DNA of 63,962 nucleotides, the filler included, from Reclinomonas americana ATCC 50394 (lineage: Eukaryota), in assembly GCA_048213135.1 (NCBI GenBank). It is 7 parts of 3 records of this genome, joined end to end, with 100 filler letters (N's around TTAATTAATTAA, not from the genome) between each part and the next. Parts side by side here need not be neighbours in the genome. Positions count along the whole stretch, not along the records: positions 27,392 to 39,349 come from PS015346.1; positions 39,450 to 47,903 come from PS015346.1; 5 more parts are not named here. One strand, given 5' to 3'. Shown piece by piece: positions 28,986 to 41,441 of the stretch (the first letter of the stretch is position 1; every line of letters starts with the position of its first letter). The notes below the pieces were generated by a model. That model had not been told where the DNA came from and did not search any database. It was given only the letters and a program-made list of their open reading frames with translations. The position numbers and the translations under genes were made by a program.

Positions 28986-31900
28986 TCATTCTCCTGCCGC
29001 CGCTGTCGCGGTCTTTGCCGAGGGCGAGGACGGAGGCAGCAGCGCCACTGCTTCGGCCGTCCATGAACACTGGAATCCTCCACCCGGCTTCTCCACGTCG
29101 GCCAGCATGACATGGCCGAGCAGTGCGAGACCGCGTGGCTCCACTGTCTGCTGGAACACGATGCGATCGCGCGTGACACCGTCACTGGAAATCTGCAACG
29201 ACAGTCAAGGAGAAAAGTCAGGAGCAGCACGAGGCTAGAGAGAGAAAGGAGATTGCGCTCCAGTGACTCACAGTGTTGGCCGACTGCACTTCCAGTCGCA
29301 CCGACCACGCCGAGGCCGACTGGCTCCGCACAGCGTACGCCACAGAGGACGATTGTCTGTGCGGCAGCGAGGCATAAGGAAAGAGATAATCGACAGCAAA
29401 GACGACGGGCTGATCGCAACGGAAGTGACAGCTGCAACACGCGAATTTCGCCAGCACCGGCAGCGACGGGACTGCGCACCGGCGCACCAAAGCGCTCGAT
29501 GAGGCGCGCAAACGCATCGCTGCAACCCTGCGCGAATTCGTTGGGCGTGAGTCAGCGTGGCTCTCTTGGGGTTTTCTTACCCACAAACCTTGTTCCATCG
29601 CGAGTGCTCACGCAGCTCGTGCGGCGACTGCGAGTGTACAGACAGAACAATCGAGCGCGACGCCACGGACCTCAGGCCCGCGTCGTAACCGAGAGCATGG
29701 ATGCATCGCCAGGCAAAGCCCTGCACCATATGACGAGCACATGAGCAATCCGATCACGCACAACAACCTCCATCGAAAGCCTACCTCTCCCTGCTCGTGA
29801 ACCAGCCGGGTGAAATCTGTAATCGGGTCAGACTCTGCGACGGAACGTGATGGAAGCACGAGTGCACGCAACATTCCACCAACTCCAGGAACGTGAGGTG
29901 ACCAGGTTTCTGCAGTCCGTGACACTCCAAAACCGTTCGCTCCACCTCGTCCTTGGAGAGGCGCATGCCGAATCCAACTCGACACAGTTTCCGCAGCTCT
30001 GCGCACAACGGATAATGAGAATCCTGCCTCCAATATCAAACCCACTGCCACCATCACCTTCTCCATTCAGCAACTGGTCCATGTCACGGTCATACCTGTT
30101 GCAACGAAAACGGTCATTGACTTCCCTCGTTCGTTGCCACCCTCCTCGCCAACCAACTCACATGCAAAAGGCATCGCCCAGCAGCGAAAGCACATCGGCA
30201 CTCAGTCGACCGTCATTCTCCGTCAGGCTCGCACGCACATCCACAACGCCGGCACCCTCTGGCACTCGCAACAGGCAGCCCGACGTACTGCGTCGAATCA
30301 ATTCAGCGCAATTTCATGATCAACAAGCAGTCGTATGAATGTATGCATACTCAACATTGGGAACAAGGCATACTGCCCCGCCTCCAGGTCCATGCACACT
30401 TGCCACTGGCGACGCAGACCGACAAAACTGCGATGCTGGGAGGCCGCACGCTGCGCCACGACAATCTCCGACTCTCCACCGCTCGCAGAACCCGAAGCAG
30501 CGGCCTTGCGAATGATCACCAGGCCCAGATCCAGGCTGGCGCGCTGCAGTCGAGTACCACACCTTCTGTGGTCCTCCTGGTGCACTGTGACGATGACTCG
30601 ACCGGCACTCTGCAGTGTGAGGTCGTACGAGGGACCCGACACCGTGCCGTTGGCCTCGCGTGCAAACAGACCCTTGCGGCGCGACTCGTGCAAAGTGCTC
30701 TCCGTGCTGCGTGCAAGTCAGCGAAAGGCACAGCGTGCAAAACTTTCCACGTGAAGAACGACGCAACAAGAGCTCCAACACCGACGCAAAGTGCAACTGA
30801 AAGTCGACGAGCGACATGAGAATGTCACTTCTGGCAGTTGCGCCATAAAAGTCGAGCATGTCGCGATACTCGGGCGTCCAGGTGGCCGAGTGCTTGGACC
30901 AGTCGCCGCGCCTTGACGAGCGCACCAATCACATGAGCACTGGAGAAGGAGACATGATGAAAGCTCGCATACCATCGTTGCGTGGACTGAGCGGCCGAAA
31001 CGGAACGCAGTCGGACGAGTTTCGTGGAGGGTGGCACCTCAATCACATCCACGACGGCGTACGGTCGCTGCTGCACAAAGTTTGCGTGCTCCACCGGTGT
31101 CGGCCCTGCATACGTAGCAGTACACAGAGCAGAGACGTAAGCACACTCGCACATGCATTACCGCAGACACACTCGTGCGCACCTCGAGCAAAGGCAGCGA
31201 CCACACGACTGCACAACACCGCGTCCGTGAGAGCCTCCCACAGAGCGGTGCCGTCGCCGTCGACTGGTACCATGTGTTGCCGATACGGGGCACCAGTGAG
31301 GTCCATCAGAGTGTGATGCAGGCGGCCGCCGACAAAAAGCTGGATTTGGGGAAAGGAGGAAAAGAGAAAAGAGACGTAAGCCTGCGTGAGTGACAGGCAG
31401 AGTGCATCTGGATTGAGCTTGCACCTGCGAGTATGATCCCAGCAGCTTGGCCATGGCTTTCTCGACCAGCATTGGCCACAATGCACCAGAAACAGTTCGG
31501 CTGTGCATGGGCCCACCGCCTGCGGGTTTCACGTGCAATGAGTCACGAGCCAGCTCGATAAAGAAGACGGAAAAATAGGCACACCTTTGAAACATGGAAT
31601 CAGGTCGTCCACAACCACCGTGCACGGCTCGCCATCGCGGTACAGGCGTACGTGATAACAGCCACACTCCTGCAACGCTTGGTCCTCGCCGTTCACAAAC
31701 AGTCGCTGTACGAGAGCCGGGTGCAAGCTGAGCAACGAAAGCGAGTCCTGCAATCGTGGTGACTGAGTGAGCACTCCAATCTGCCACAGCACGACCGGGA
31801 GAGGGGACTCACATGCAACCAGCTGCATTCGACAAAAGACCCGATATCACAAAGTCAGAAGTACGCAGGCACATAGCGAACACGCACTTGACACGCACGA

Positions 31901-33783
31901 CAAGTCCTCCAGATGACTGACAATGTCCAGCGGCTGCCAGTGTCGCGGGAACAGAGACGGCTGCCGTGCAGCGGGACCCTGACTGGCAGTCGCAAATGTT
32001 GATGGTCTGCACCAAGCGGTCAGCACAGGCTGTGTGAGCGGAGCACAACAAGCAAATTGCTCTCTCCACACCTCAACCACTGCACAAAGTGGTGAGCGGT
32101 GCGGTCGCCCAGTGCGAACTTGTTGGCCGGCCACGAGAGATCCACAAACTGGCACGCATCTTGCTGGCAAATGGCGACAATCTGCGCAAGACGCAGAGAA
32201 GTTCAGTTGAGATCTTCTTGAGCAACACTCTTCGACCATTTCTATCGCTCACCTCATCGCGGTCCAACAGCGGCCTCCATCGCATCCACACATGATTGCC
32301 GCCGCCTTCTGGCACAAAGCCCACGCTCCAGTGGCGCACCATGACAGCATCTTGGTCGCCGACCACGGGACTCGACGTCCCATACGAGTCATGGTCGTCG
32401 TCGTCGGCAGACTGCACCACTCTGTTGCGCGGAAGAAATGAGCAGGTGGTGCACAGCAGGATGGGGAAACGCGTTGTGTGGCGACGCAACGAACAGAGCG
32501 GAACACAGTGCGTCTCACTGCTTGCGTCCACCACATGCAGCGTCAGCAGTGGCGTCGCAGCAGCACCCGGCAGCAGGAGGTACGACCGCGGAAGCGATTC
32601 CTCACTGACAATTCGAAGAGCGTGAGCGATTGCCATAAACTCTTTGCGCGAGCGGGCACTCTCACCTTGGGAGAGCCAAGTTCACCGCCATGGACAAGTC
32701 GAGCGACACTTGCAAGATATTCGGCGACACGTTGATCACATCAAAGTGGATGGCGCTCGCACCATCCACGTCGGTGCGCCTCTTCACCAGCAGCACGCCG
32801 ATCGAGCTGTCGGCGCTCGAGGGCACCCACTGAACCCATCGAATACCGCCTCCTCCGATCTCCTCCATCGTCGCCACCAGTGGCAATTCACTCGCCAGCC
32901 TCAGACATGGCGCGCAAAAGACACCGTCTGCGTTCACGTCAACAACTTGCAAGTAAGGAGTACCGATCATGGCATGCATGAATCACCAGCAGAGACCGGT
33001 CGCTGCCAGCAACGCATACACCGCGGCCTCCGATCGCACCACGGACACAGGCGCGAGTGACTCGGGTCCACAGCCGCCCTCTCACGACAATGAATGCACA
33101 GAAACGGTGCACTGGACGGTGTCTCCGTCACAATCGGCGACAACAGCTGTGATCGTTCGTTTCAGTCCCCTCGTTGCGTGGCTTCCCGTGTGAGACACAT
33201 AACAGACAGACTCACCACTGCATTCTCACACACACTGCAGTGGCTGTAGCCGACCATTCGCACATGCTGCGTGCAGTGGCGACAGCTCTTTGCGGCCCAA
33301 CACTGCACACAGAAACGATTTGCCACTGTGGCTCCTCCTGCTGTTGCACTCGCCAGTGTCTCTCCACAGGCGACACACTCACGCGCAGTGGCATGAGCGT
33401 TCAACGTGAGAGGCAGGTGAGCGATGCTGCTGGAGGAGCTTCCACCGAGACCTCCCAGTCGCTTGAGTCGCGCGAGATCAGCGCAGTCACTGCACAGGTG
33501 CTCCTGTGTGTGTGTGCATGAGAGTGAGTGGAGAAGGGCAGCATGCGTGAGTTGAGCAAGCGACCTTGGGCACTCGTGCATGCATGGCGCACTGGCGACA
33601 CTGAATCACATGCCTGCTCAAATGAGTGAGGTGTGAGCGATCTGGCGACTCCTGCTTCTCTCTCTCTCTCTCTCACACACACAGCGACACACACCAACAC
33701 TGTCTACAGTAGAACGGGTTGCCCCATGCACGTGGAAAGCGATGACAGCCGGCACACAGCGATGCCGCACCATCGTCGCTCAT
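28986..33783 (-). CDS. Calpain-like protein, catalytically degenerate: six N-terminal C4 zinc-ribbon units, CysPc, domain III, EF-hand and EFCAB7-like tail
   Basis: CysPc motifs FVDLSWPAN..VQWLR, GCYHVRLYRDGEPCTVVVDDLIPC, LWPMLVEKAMAKLLGSY, LMDLTGAP, GDWSKHSATWT; domain III VIVTVHQEDHR..LEAGQYALFP; EF loop DRDMDQLLNGE; ALGYDAGL..RSIVLSVHS; 12 CxxC motifs at the N-terminus. Confidence 0.82.
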
Positions 33784-33841
33784 TGACTAAGTAAGAACGA
33801 CGGCAGAGGACACAAGACACCGACTGTGCTGCTTTCGTTTT

Positions 33842-36800
33842 TCATTTAAGTCTGAGAGGCGCACCGGTGCCCATTCTGGCCGGTGGCGAGGCACCGATAA
33901 TGCCTGCACTTCCTTGACTGCCGATNNNNNNNNNNNNNNNNNNNNNNNNNNNNNNNNNNNNNNNNNNNNNNNNNNNNNNNNNNNNNNNNNNNNNNNNNNN
34001 NNNNNNNNNNNNNNNNNNNNNNNNNNNNNNNNNNNNNNNNNNNNNNNNNNNNNNNNNNNNNNNNNNNNNNNNNNNNNNNNNNNNNNNNNNNNNNNNNNNN
34101 NNNNNNNNNNNNNNNNNNNNNNNNNNNNNNNNNNNNNNNNNNNNNNNNNNNNNNNNNNNNNNNNNNNNNNNNNNNNNNNNNNNNNNNNNNNNNNNNNNNN
34201 NNNNNNNNNNNNNNNNNNNNNNNNNNNNNNNNNNNNNNNNNNNNNNNNNNNNNNNNNNNNNNNNNNNNNNNNNNNNNNNNNNNNNNNNNNNNNNNNNNNN
34301 NNNNNNNNNNNNNNNNNNNNNNNNNNNNNNNNNNNNNNNNNNNNNNNNNNNNNNNNNNNNNNNNNNNNNNNNNNNNNNNNNNNNNNNNNNNNNNNNNNNN
34401 NNNNNNNNNNNNNNNNNNNNNNNNNNNNNNNNNNNNNNNNNNNNNNNNNNNNNNNNNNNNNNNNNNNNNNNNNNNNNNNNNNNNNNNNNNNNNNNNNNNN
34501 NNNNNNNNNNNNNNNNNNNNNNNNNNNNNNNNNNNNNNNNNNNNNNNNNNNNNNNNNNNNNNNNNNNNNNNNNNNNNNNNNNNNNNNNNNNNNNNNNNNN
34601 NNNNNNNNNNNNNNNNNNNNNNNNNNNNNNNNNNNNNNNNNNNNNNNNNNNNNNNNNNNNNNNNTCGCGGGGAGTACTGCAGTGGGCTCACGCGTCCGTA
34701 GCCCGACGACTTGACGCCCTCGTAGCGCGCCGAGTTGCCAGGTGATCGCGATCCGCCGTTGCTATTGCCGGTGGCGGCGGCGGTGGCGGCGGTGGTGGCG
34801 GTGGTGGTGGTGGCGCTCTTTGCATTCGAGGCAGGCGACCGACGGCCGGCTGCCGGGCTCAGTGAGCGACGCGTCCGAGTGGACGGGGATGGCGGTCCCT
34901 TGGCGACGGTGGCTCCGGCATTCGCCGGACTGGCGGAACGCTGCAATCCGGGGCTGGAACTGCGTGAATTGGTCGGCGACGGCAGCACTCCACTGCTGGC
35001 CGACCGTGACGACGGCGACGGTGTGCGCACACGGACAGGTCGCGGCGACGGCTTCGGTGACGGCTTGGGCGACGCACGACCGCTCGGTGGTCGAGGCGAT
35101 GTGCCCTTGCTGCCGGACGGTGAAGGATCGCGTGGAACAAATCGCGGTCCACCAGCCGGCGACGCTCGACCGGTGCGCGTCGCGGACGACGGAGGCTGCG
35201 ATGAAGTGGGTGGCTTGGGTGCCGGCGACTTGCCACCAGGCGCCGATGACGCTTTGATGGTGACCTTTACGGGCGATGGCGGCTGATGGGCGCCTTCGGC
35301 AGGCGATGCCGCAGCGGCGGCGGTGGCGTCGTCCGCGATACGCACAGTGCGTGTGCGTGGCGACGAGTTCGGTGAGCGCGCCGGCGAGCGAGCGGGAGAG
35401 CGAGTCGGTGAGTGCGGCAGAGAGCTGTTGGCGCTGGCGGTGGCCGAGACCGGAGCTGCAGCGCCGTCGACCGACTTGACCTTGAAACCAGAGATCCCGG
35501 ACTGGAGGTACGAGCTGCTTCCGCTGCGGCTGGCGCTGCCGGCCTCCGGGGTCGACGCCGAATTAAAATCGTCGACCACCGTCGGCGACGGCGACGACAG
35601 CACGTTGGACGACGAGCCGGAAATGACCAGCGGGGCGGGCGGGAGACCACGCGGACGCAGTGTGGGGGGTGCGGCGCGGCGCAGTGGTGCCGGCACATTG
35701 ACTGTGAGTCCGTGTGTGGGGGTCGAGCTTCGTCTCGCATCCGAAGCGCTGTCGGACGGCGGTGGTGAAACGCGTCCGATTGAACCGTTCGGACGAACAG
35801 TCACTGCGTTGGCGTCGGTGGTGGGTGGCTCGGCGGGGGCGGCAACTGTGGTGATCCCAAGGGGGGAGATGAGTAAGGAGGGAGAGGAAAGAGGAACAAG
35901 GAGTCCAGCACACACCTACAGTCTTCCCGGGTGGTGGATGCGACGACAGTTTGCTCGGCAGCGTCTTGGCGGTGATCTGCGTCGGTCGAGAGCGAGGCGA
36001 ACGAGAACCGCTCGGTTCTTGTTCTTGCTGCTGCTGCTGCTGCTGCTGCGATTGCGGTTGTGGTTGTTGACCCTTGTCGGCGGCGAGAGCCTTGCGAACA
36101 GAGATGGCGCTGGGGCGTGAGGCGGGTGCCAGCAACGAGGCGGCGGCGGTCTCATTGAACACGATGGGAGCCGGCAGGCCCTCGAACGGTGACAGCACGA
36201 GGTCGGACTTGGATGGTCCGGTCTTGGATGGCAACAGTGGGGCACTCGGTGGCATCTCCAGTGCATCCACATACTCGACCTCCACCAGCTCGCTGGCCAG
36301 CATGTCGAGTGGGTCGTCGACGATTTCCATCTCCGTGGCCACTGGCGGTGGTTTGCTCGCCACAATGACTTCCACTTCTGGTGAGAGGAAAAGGGAGAAG
36401 GGTAAGGGAGAGGGAGAGGGAGACAAGGGAGAAGGGAGAGGGAGAGGGAGAAGAAGGGANNNNNNNNNNNNNNNNNNNNNNNNNNNNNNNNNNNNNNNNN
36501 NNNNNNNNNNNNNNNNNNNNNNNNNNNNNNNNNNNNNNNNNNNNNNNNNNNNNNNNNNNNNNNNNNNNNNNNNNNNNNNNNNNNNNNNNNNNNNNNNNNN
36601 NNNNNNNNNNNNNNNNNNNNNNNNNNNNNNNNNNNNNNNNNNNNNNNNNNNNNNNNNNNNNNNNNNNNNNNNNNNNNNNNNNNNNNNNNNNNNNNNNNNN
36701 NNNNNNNNNNNNNNNNNNNNNNTAAAAGGAGAGAAGGGAGATGAGGGGGACAGAAAGAGAGGAGAGGAGAGGGGAGAGGGAGACAAGGGAGAAGGGAGAG

Positions 36801-39800
36801 AGAGGGAGAGAAAGAGAGGAGAGGAGAGAGAGAGAGGAGGGAGGGAATAAAAGGGAAAGGCGAGAAGGGAGATGAGGAGAGAAAGAGAGGAGAGGAGAGG
36901 GAGAGGGATAAAAGGGTAAGGGAAGAGGGAGAGCGAGGGAGAAGGAAGAGGGAGGAGGAGAGCGTGGGAGAAGGAAGTGTGCTTGTGCGTGAGAAAGATA
37001 GAAAGGGAAAGGGAGGGAGAGAAAGACGGGCGAGAGACAAGGGGGAGAAAAGTGAGGAGATGAGAGGGAGAGAGGGAGAGTGCGGGGCGGAGAGGGGGAG
37101 AAGAACACCGGGGAGATCTGATCTGGATCGCGCACTGCAAAGCCAAGCCAAGTCTCCTTCTTGCTCTCGACGAGAGGACGAGAGCGAGGAAGAACACAGA
37201 GGCAGGGAGAGTGAGGGGTGTGGAGGAAGCAGGAAAAGAGTAGAATAGCCGCGAGCTCTGGATTGCACACTGAGAGAGACTGAGAGAGAGAAGAAACTGT
37301 AAGCGGGCAGAAATCTCTCTCTCTCTCCATCTCTTTCCCTCGTCCGCAACTGCCAGAAGACGACTGCCGCGGCTGTGGAATCTTTGTCGTGCGGTTGGCC
37401 GACGCCACCGAAGAACTCGTCGAGTTCTTCGACGACGCCGGACCGGGAAGACGCGACGAGGAGGCGCCGCCGGTGGTGGCCGTCGACGGCTGCTTGCGTG
37501 CTGATGAGGTGGCGGTGCCTGTGGCCTTGCCACCGGTGGCACTGGCAGCCACCTGCTTGCCGCCCTTGGAGGAGACAGAGGAGGCGGCGCTCTTCGGGGC
37601 GGGGGCGGTGTTCGAACGAGACGGTGCTCGGTCGGCGTCCTCGTCGCCAATGCTGGCGGAGGAGCGATTGCGTGCCGAGGTGGGGGCACTGTTGGGAGCT
37701 GCTACAAGGCGATGAGCTCGTGGGCCACAAGCTGCGAAAAAAATGAAGCAGAACAAACAACTCACCAGACTCGGAGGCCTTCTTGCGCGCATTGACCAGG
37801 TCGGCGACGGGCACCGGTAGACGAGACTCCGGCAGCGAGGGAATCGGCGGCACATCGGCGGCCACTGTACCCAGCACGACGGCCGACACGGGCGTGGCGG
37901 CAAGTGAGCGTCGTCGTGCCGGAGTGCTCTTCGGTCCGGGAATCCGCGAAGCTCTCACCGCGGCGCCACCACTTGCCGGCGACACAGTGTCCTCTCCTTC
38001 TTCCTCCTCCTCCTCGTCGTCGTCCTCACCCACATCCATATCACTGTCAAAATCGATGTCGTCGTCGTCGTCATCGTCGTACTTCTTGGCGGCAGCGGCC
38101 TTTTTGTCGGCCACTGCACGTGCCTCTACTTCGCTTTCGTCCTCGTCATTGTCGAGGTACGTCTTGGGCGGCCGTGCTGCCGCCTGTGGTACGGTGGAGA
38201 CGGCAGACACTGTCGGTGCCGGCAGCATGGGCGATGGTGGCTTGGGAGTGTTGGAGAGCGCAGGCAAAATGCTCTCATCGACGGCGGCAGGCTCCTTTGG
38301 TGGGGCCTGAGGCGCCGGTGGCAACGGAGGCAGCACAGGTGCCACTACAGCCGCGACAGGGGCCGGTGGCAATGCCGGAAGCGCCGGTGGCGGTTGTGAG
38401 GGCAGCGCTGGTGGTGCTGCTACTACTGCTACAGGTGGTGCTGGTGGTGGTGGTGAATCGTTCTCATCGGCGACCACTGCCGCTCCGCCACCTTCGCGTG
38501 CACCAGCAGCACCAGCAGCAGCACCAGCATCGTCATCATCCTCTTCTTCGTCATCCGACGGGAAACCAATGTCACTCGACAGTGGCGACTCTTGATTGCC
38601 GGGTGTCACGGCGGCGCCGGCGTCGCTGCCCTTGAGTTTGGAGTGCTGGACGGCGACCGCCAGCAAGTCACCGAGTCGCTCGACGCTGCGTGGCGTGTGC
38701 GGCGCACCGGCGTCGGCCGCGGACAGTCCGCGAGGGGTGTTTTGCGCCGACTGCGCCTGGCGCGGCGTGGTGCCACTGAGTGGTGGCAGCGCAGGCAGCG
38801 GCTCGCCCGTGGTGTCGTCGGTGGTGCGTCTCCGTGGCGACACGTGCACGACACGAGATGCGCCCGCCGACTGCGCAGCAGCCTGCAGTCCGACCAGTGG
38901 GGGAACCGACACAGCGGCGGCATCGGTGGCCGGCAACAACGACGGCATCTCCGTGGGTGGACGAGGTGACTCTCCTGGTTGTTGCTGTTGGGGCGTGGGC
39001 GCGCGGACCACACGCACGGTGCGAGCGGCGGCAACCTGCAGCAGCACGGATAATGAGCGATGAAGCGAAAGGAGGAGGACCCCAAGTGGAAACGCAACAG
39101 AGCGACCTGGCGTCGGTGGGAGGCTGGAGGGTGAGGCTGGGATGGCTGATCCCGCCGCGGCGGTGAGTTGGGTGGCGGTGTCCACGGCCGGTGCGGCAGA
39201 GGCAGAGGCGGTGGCGGCGGTGGCAGAGGCGGTCTCCTCGACGAGCTGGGTGGGTGGGAGAAGGGTGAGGGAGAGGGATGAAGGGAGAAGGGGGAAAGGG
39301 GGAGTGAGAAGGGGGAGGGAGAGGGAGAGAGAGGAGGGAGAGAGGAGGANNNNNNNNNNNNNNNNNNNNNNNNNNNNNNNNNNNNNNNNNNNNTTAATTA
39401 ATTAANNNNNNNNNNNNNNNNNNNNNNNNNNNNNNNNNNNNNNNNNNNNATGAAGCGAAAGGAGGAGGACCAAGTGGAAACGCAACAGAGCGACCAGGCG
39501 TCGGTGGGAGGCTGGATGGTGAGGCTGGGATGGCTGATCCCGCCGCGGCGGTGAGTTGGGTGGCGGTGTCCACGGTTGGTGCGGCGGCGGCAGAGGCAGT
39601 GGCGGCGGTGGCAGAGGCGGTCTCCTCGACCAGCTGGGTGGGTGGGAGGAGGGAGAGGGAGAGGGAGAGGGAGAGGGAGAGGGAGAGGGAGAGGGAGAGG
39701 GAGAGGGAGAGGACGGAAGAGCGAGAGGCAAGATAAGCGGATGAGAGACAAGGACGAAAGCGACGGATGCAGGAGGAACACAGCGACAAACAGACGAACG

Positions 39801-39989
39801 AACAGCGACTTTGTGTGTGTGTGTGTGTGTGAGAGAGAGAGGGAGAGAGAGCGCGATGGGAGACGGAGGAAAGTGAGAGAGGAGAACTGTGAAAAAGGGC
39901 GAGGATGAAGCGGAGACTTGAAGGATGAGAGACAATACAAGATACGGTTGCAGCGACAACCACGCGAAGGTACAGCGTCAGTGTGTGTA

Positions 39990-40031
<42 letters not shown>

Positions 40032-40154
40032 GGAGAGGAAAGAACAGCGAGAGGCAAGATAAGATAAGCGGACGAGAGACAAGGACGAAAGAGATGGATG
40101 CAGGAGAAACGCAGCGACAAACAGACGAAAGAACAGCGACTACGAGGGCGATAA

Positions 40155-40185
<31 letters not shown>

Positions 40186-41060
40186 CAGAGAAAGAGAGAG
40201 AGAGAGCGAGTGAGAGTGTGAGTGTCACAAGCTGCAGTTGCGTTGACAAACCTGCACATCAATATGCCGAGCATCCACCGTGGCCACTGGCGCCACCACA
40301 ACCACCGCAGCTGCAGACTCCACCGGCGGAACAACAACAGCAGAAGCAGCGGCAGCCACAGGAGCCGTATTCTGCGGCGTGCTCGATCGAACCTGCAAAA
40401 AAAAAAAGCAAACCCACATGATATGAAATCAATACGAAATCACGACTCGATTCGAATGATAATCGATGCAAATGAGGATGAGGAAAACGTGAATGACAAC
40501 CAATGGCACTGATGATGTTGCTCTCAGTGAATCATGAATATGAAATGGGAGGCAAACAGACAACACTCATGATTGCGTGCATGACACACACTGCAATGCT
40601 CTCTCTCTCTCTCACACAATGTGCACGCGCATGTATGTGTGAGAGTGTGAGAGTGAGAGAAGAAGCAGCACGCGAATTTGCACTTCACACAACTCCACTC
40701 ATTCTCACAACATGCACTCTCTCGCACACACATGTGCTCTCTCTCTCTCACAGTCGTCTCTCACACAGTTGTCTTTCACACAGAGACAGCGCGTGTGACA
40801 CGAACAAAGTTGTGCGTCATGTCGACCATTCTCCTCACCTGTCGCACGACTGTTGCAGCAGCTGCGGTTCCTGTCTTTGCACCTGTACCTGCTGGTGATG
40901 CAGCAGTCGCTGCTGCTGCTGTTGCTGCAGCAGTGGCGGAGGCTGCATCAGTCTTGTTTGTCTCGCCGATTTCAGTCGACGTTGTCTGTGTGGCAGGTGG
41001 AGGTGGGGGCGACTTGGTGCCTACGCCTTGGCCCTTGTCTTTTGATTGACAGCAGCCCAT
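33842..41060 (-). CDS. Large Pro/Ser/Ala-rich disordered protein with N-terminal myristoylation/palmitoylation motif; 3' end uncertain (gap)
   Basis: Starts MGCCQSKDK at 41060; successive GT-AG-bounded low-complexity exons at about 40226-40392, 39109-39247, 37788-39036, 37347-37700, 35918-36377, 34665-35850. Confidence 0.6.
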
Positions 41061-41441
41061 TCCTCGCTCTTAATCTGTCTCTGACTCTCTCACGCGCGCG
41101 ATATGACTGAAGGACAACTCGGCAGGACCAATGCAATGCATTGATTTCTTCAACCTTGCACAGCCAACGCAGCGATCCCAAGGCCGCTATGGCTTGTGTA
41201 GTGCAGCATGCCCGTTTTTTTCATTGTTTCATTCTTTCGCATGCGTTTTTTGCAGAGGATAGCGCCGCAGGACAACTCATTTCTTTCCACGAGCATGCTT
41301 GATTGTGTTGCTGTGCGAACCCGATTCCCTTCCCTGAGAGGCATACACAGACATGTAGTACGTTGGTGTACGTTGGATCACACACACACACACACACAAA
41401 ACCCCGCCAAATAAGTTGTCCTCCCAACTTCGTAACTTGTA

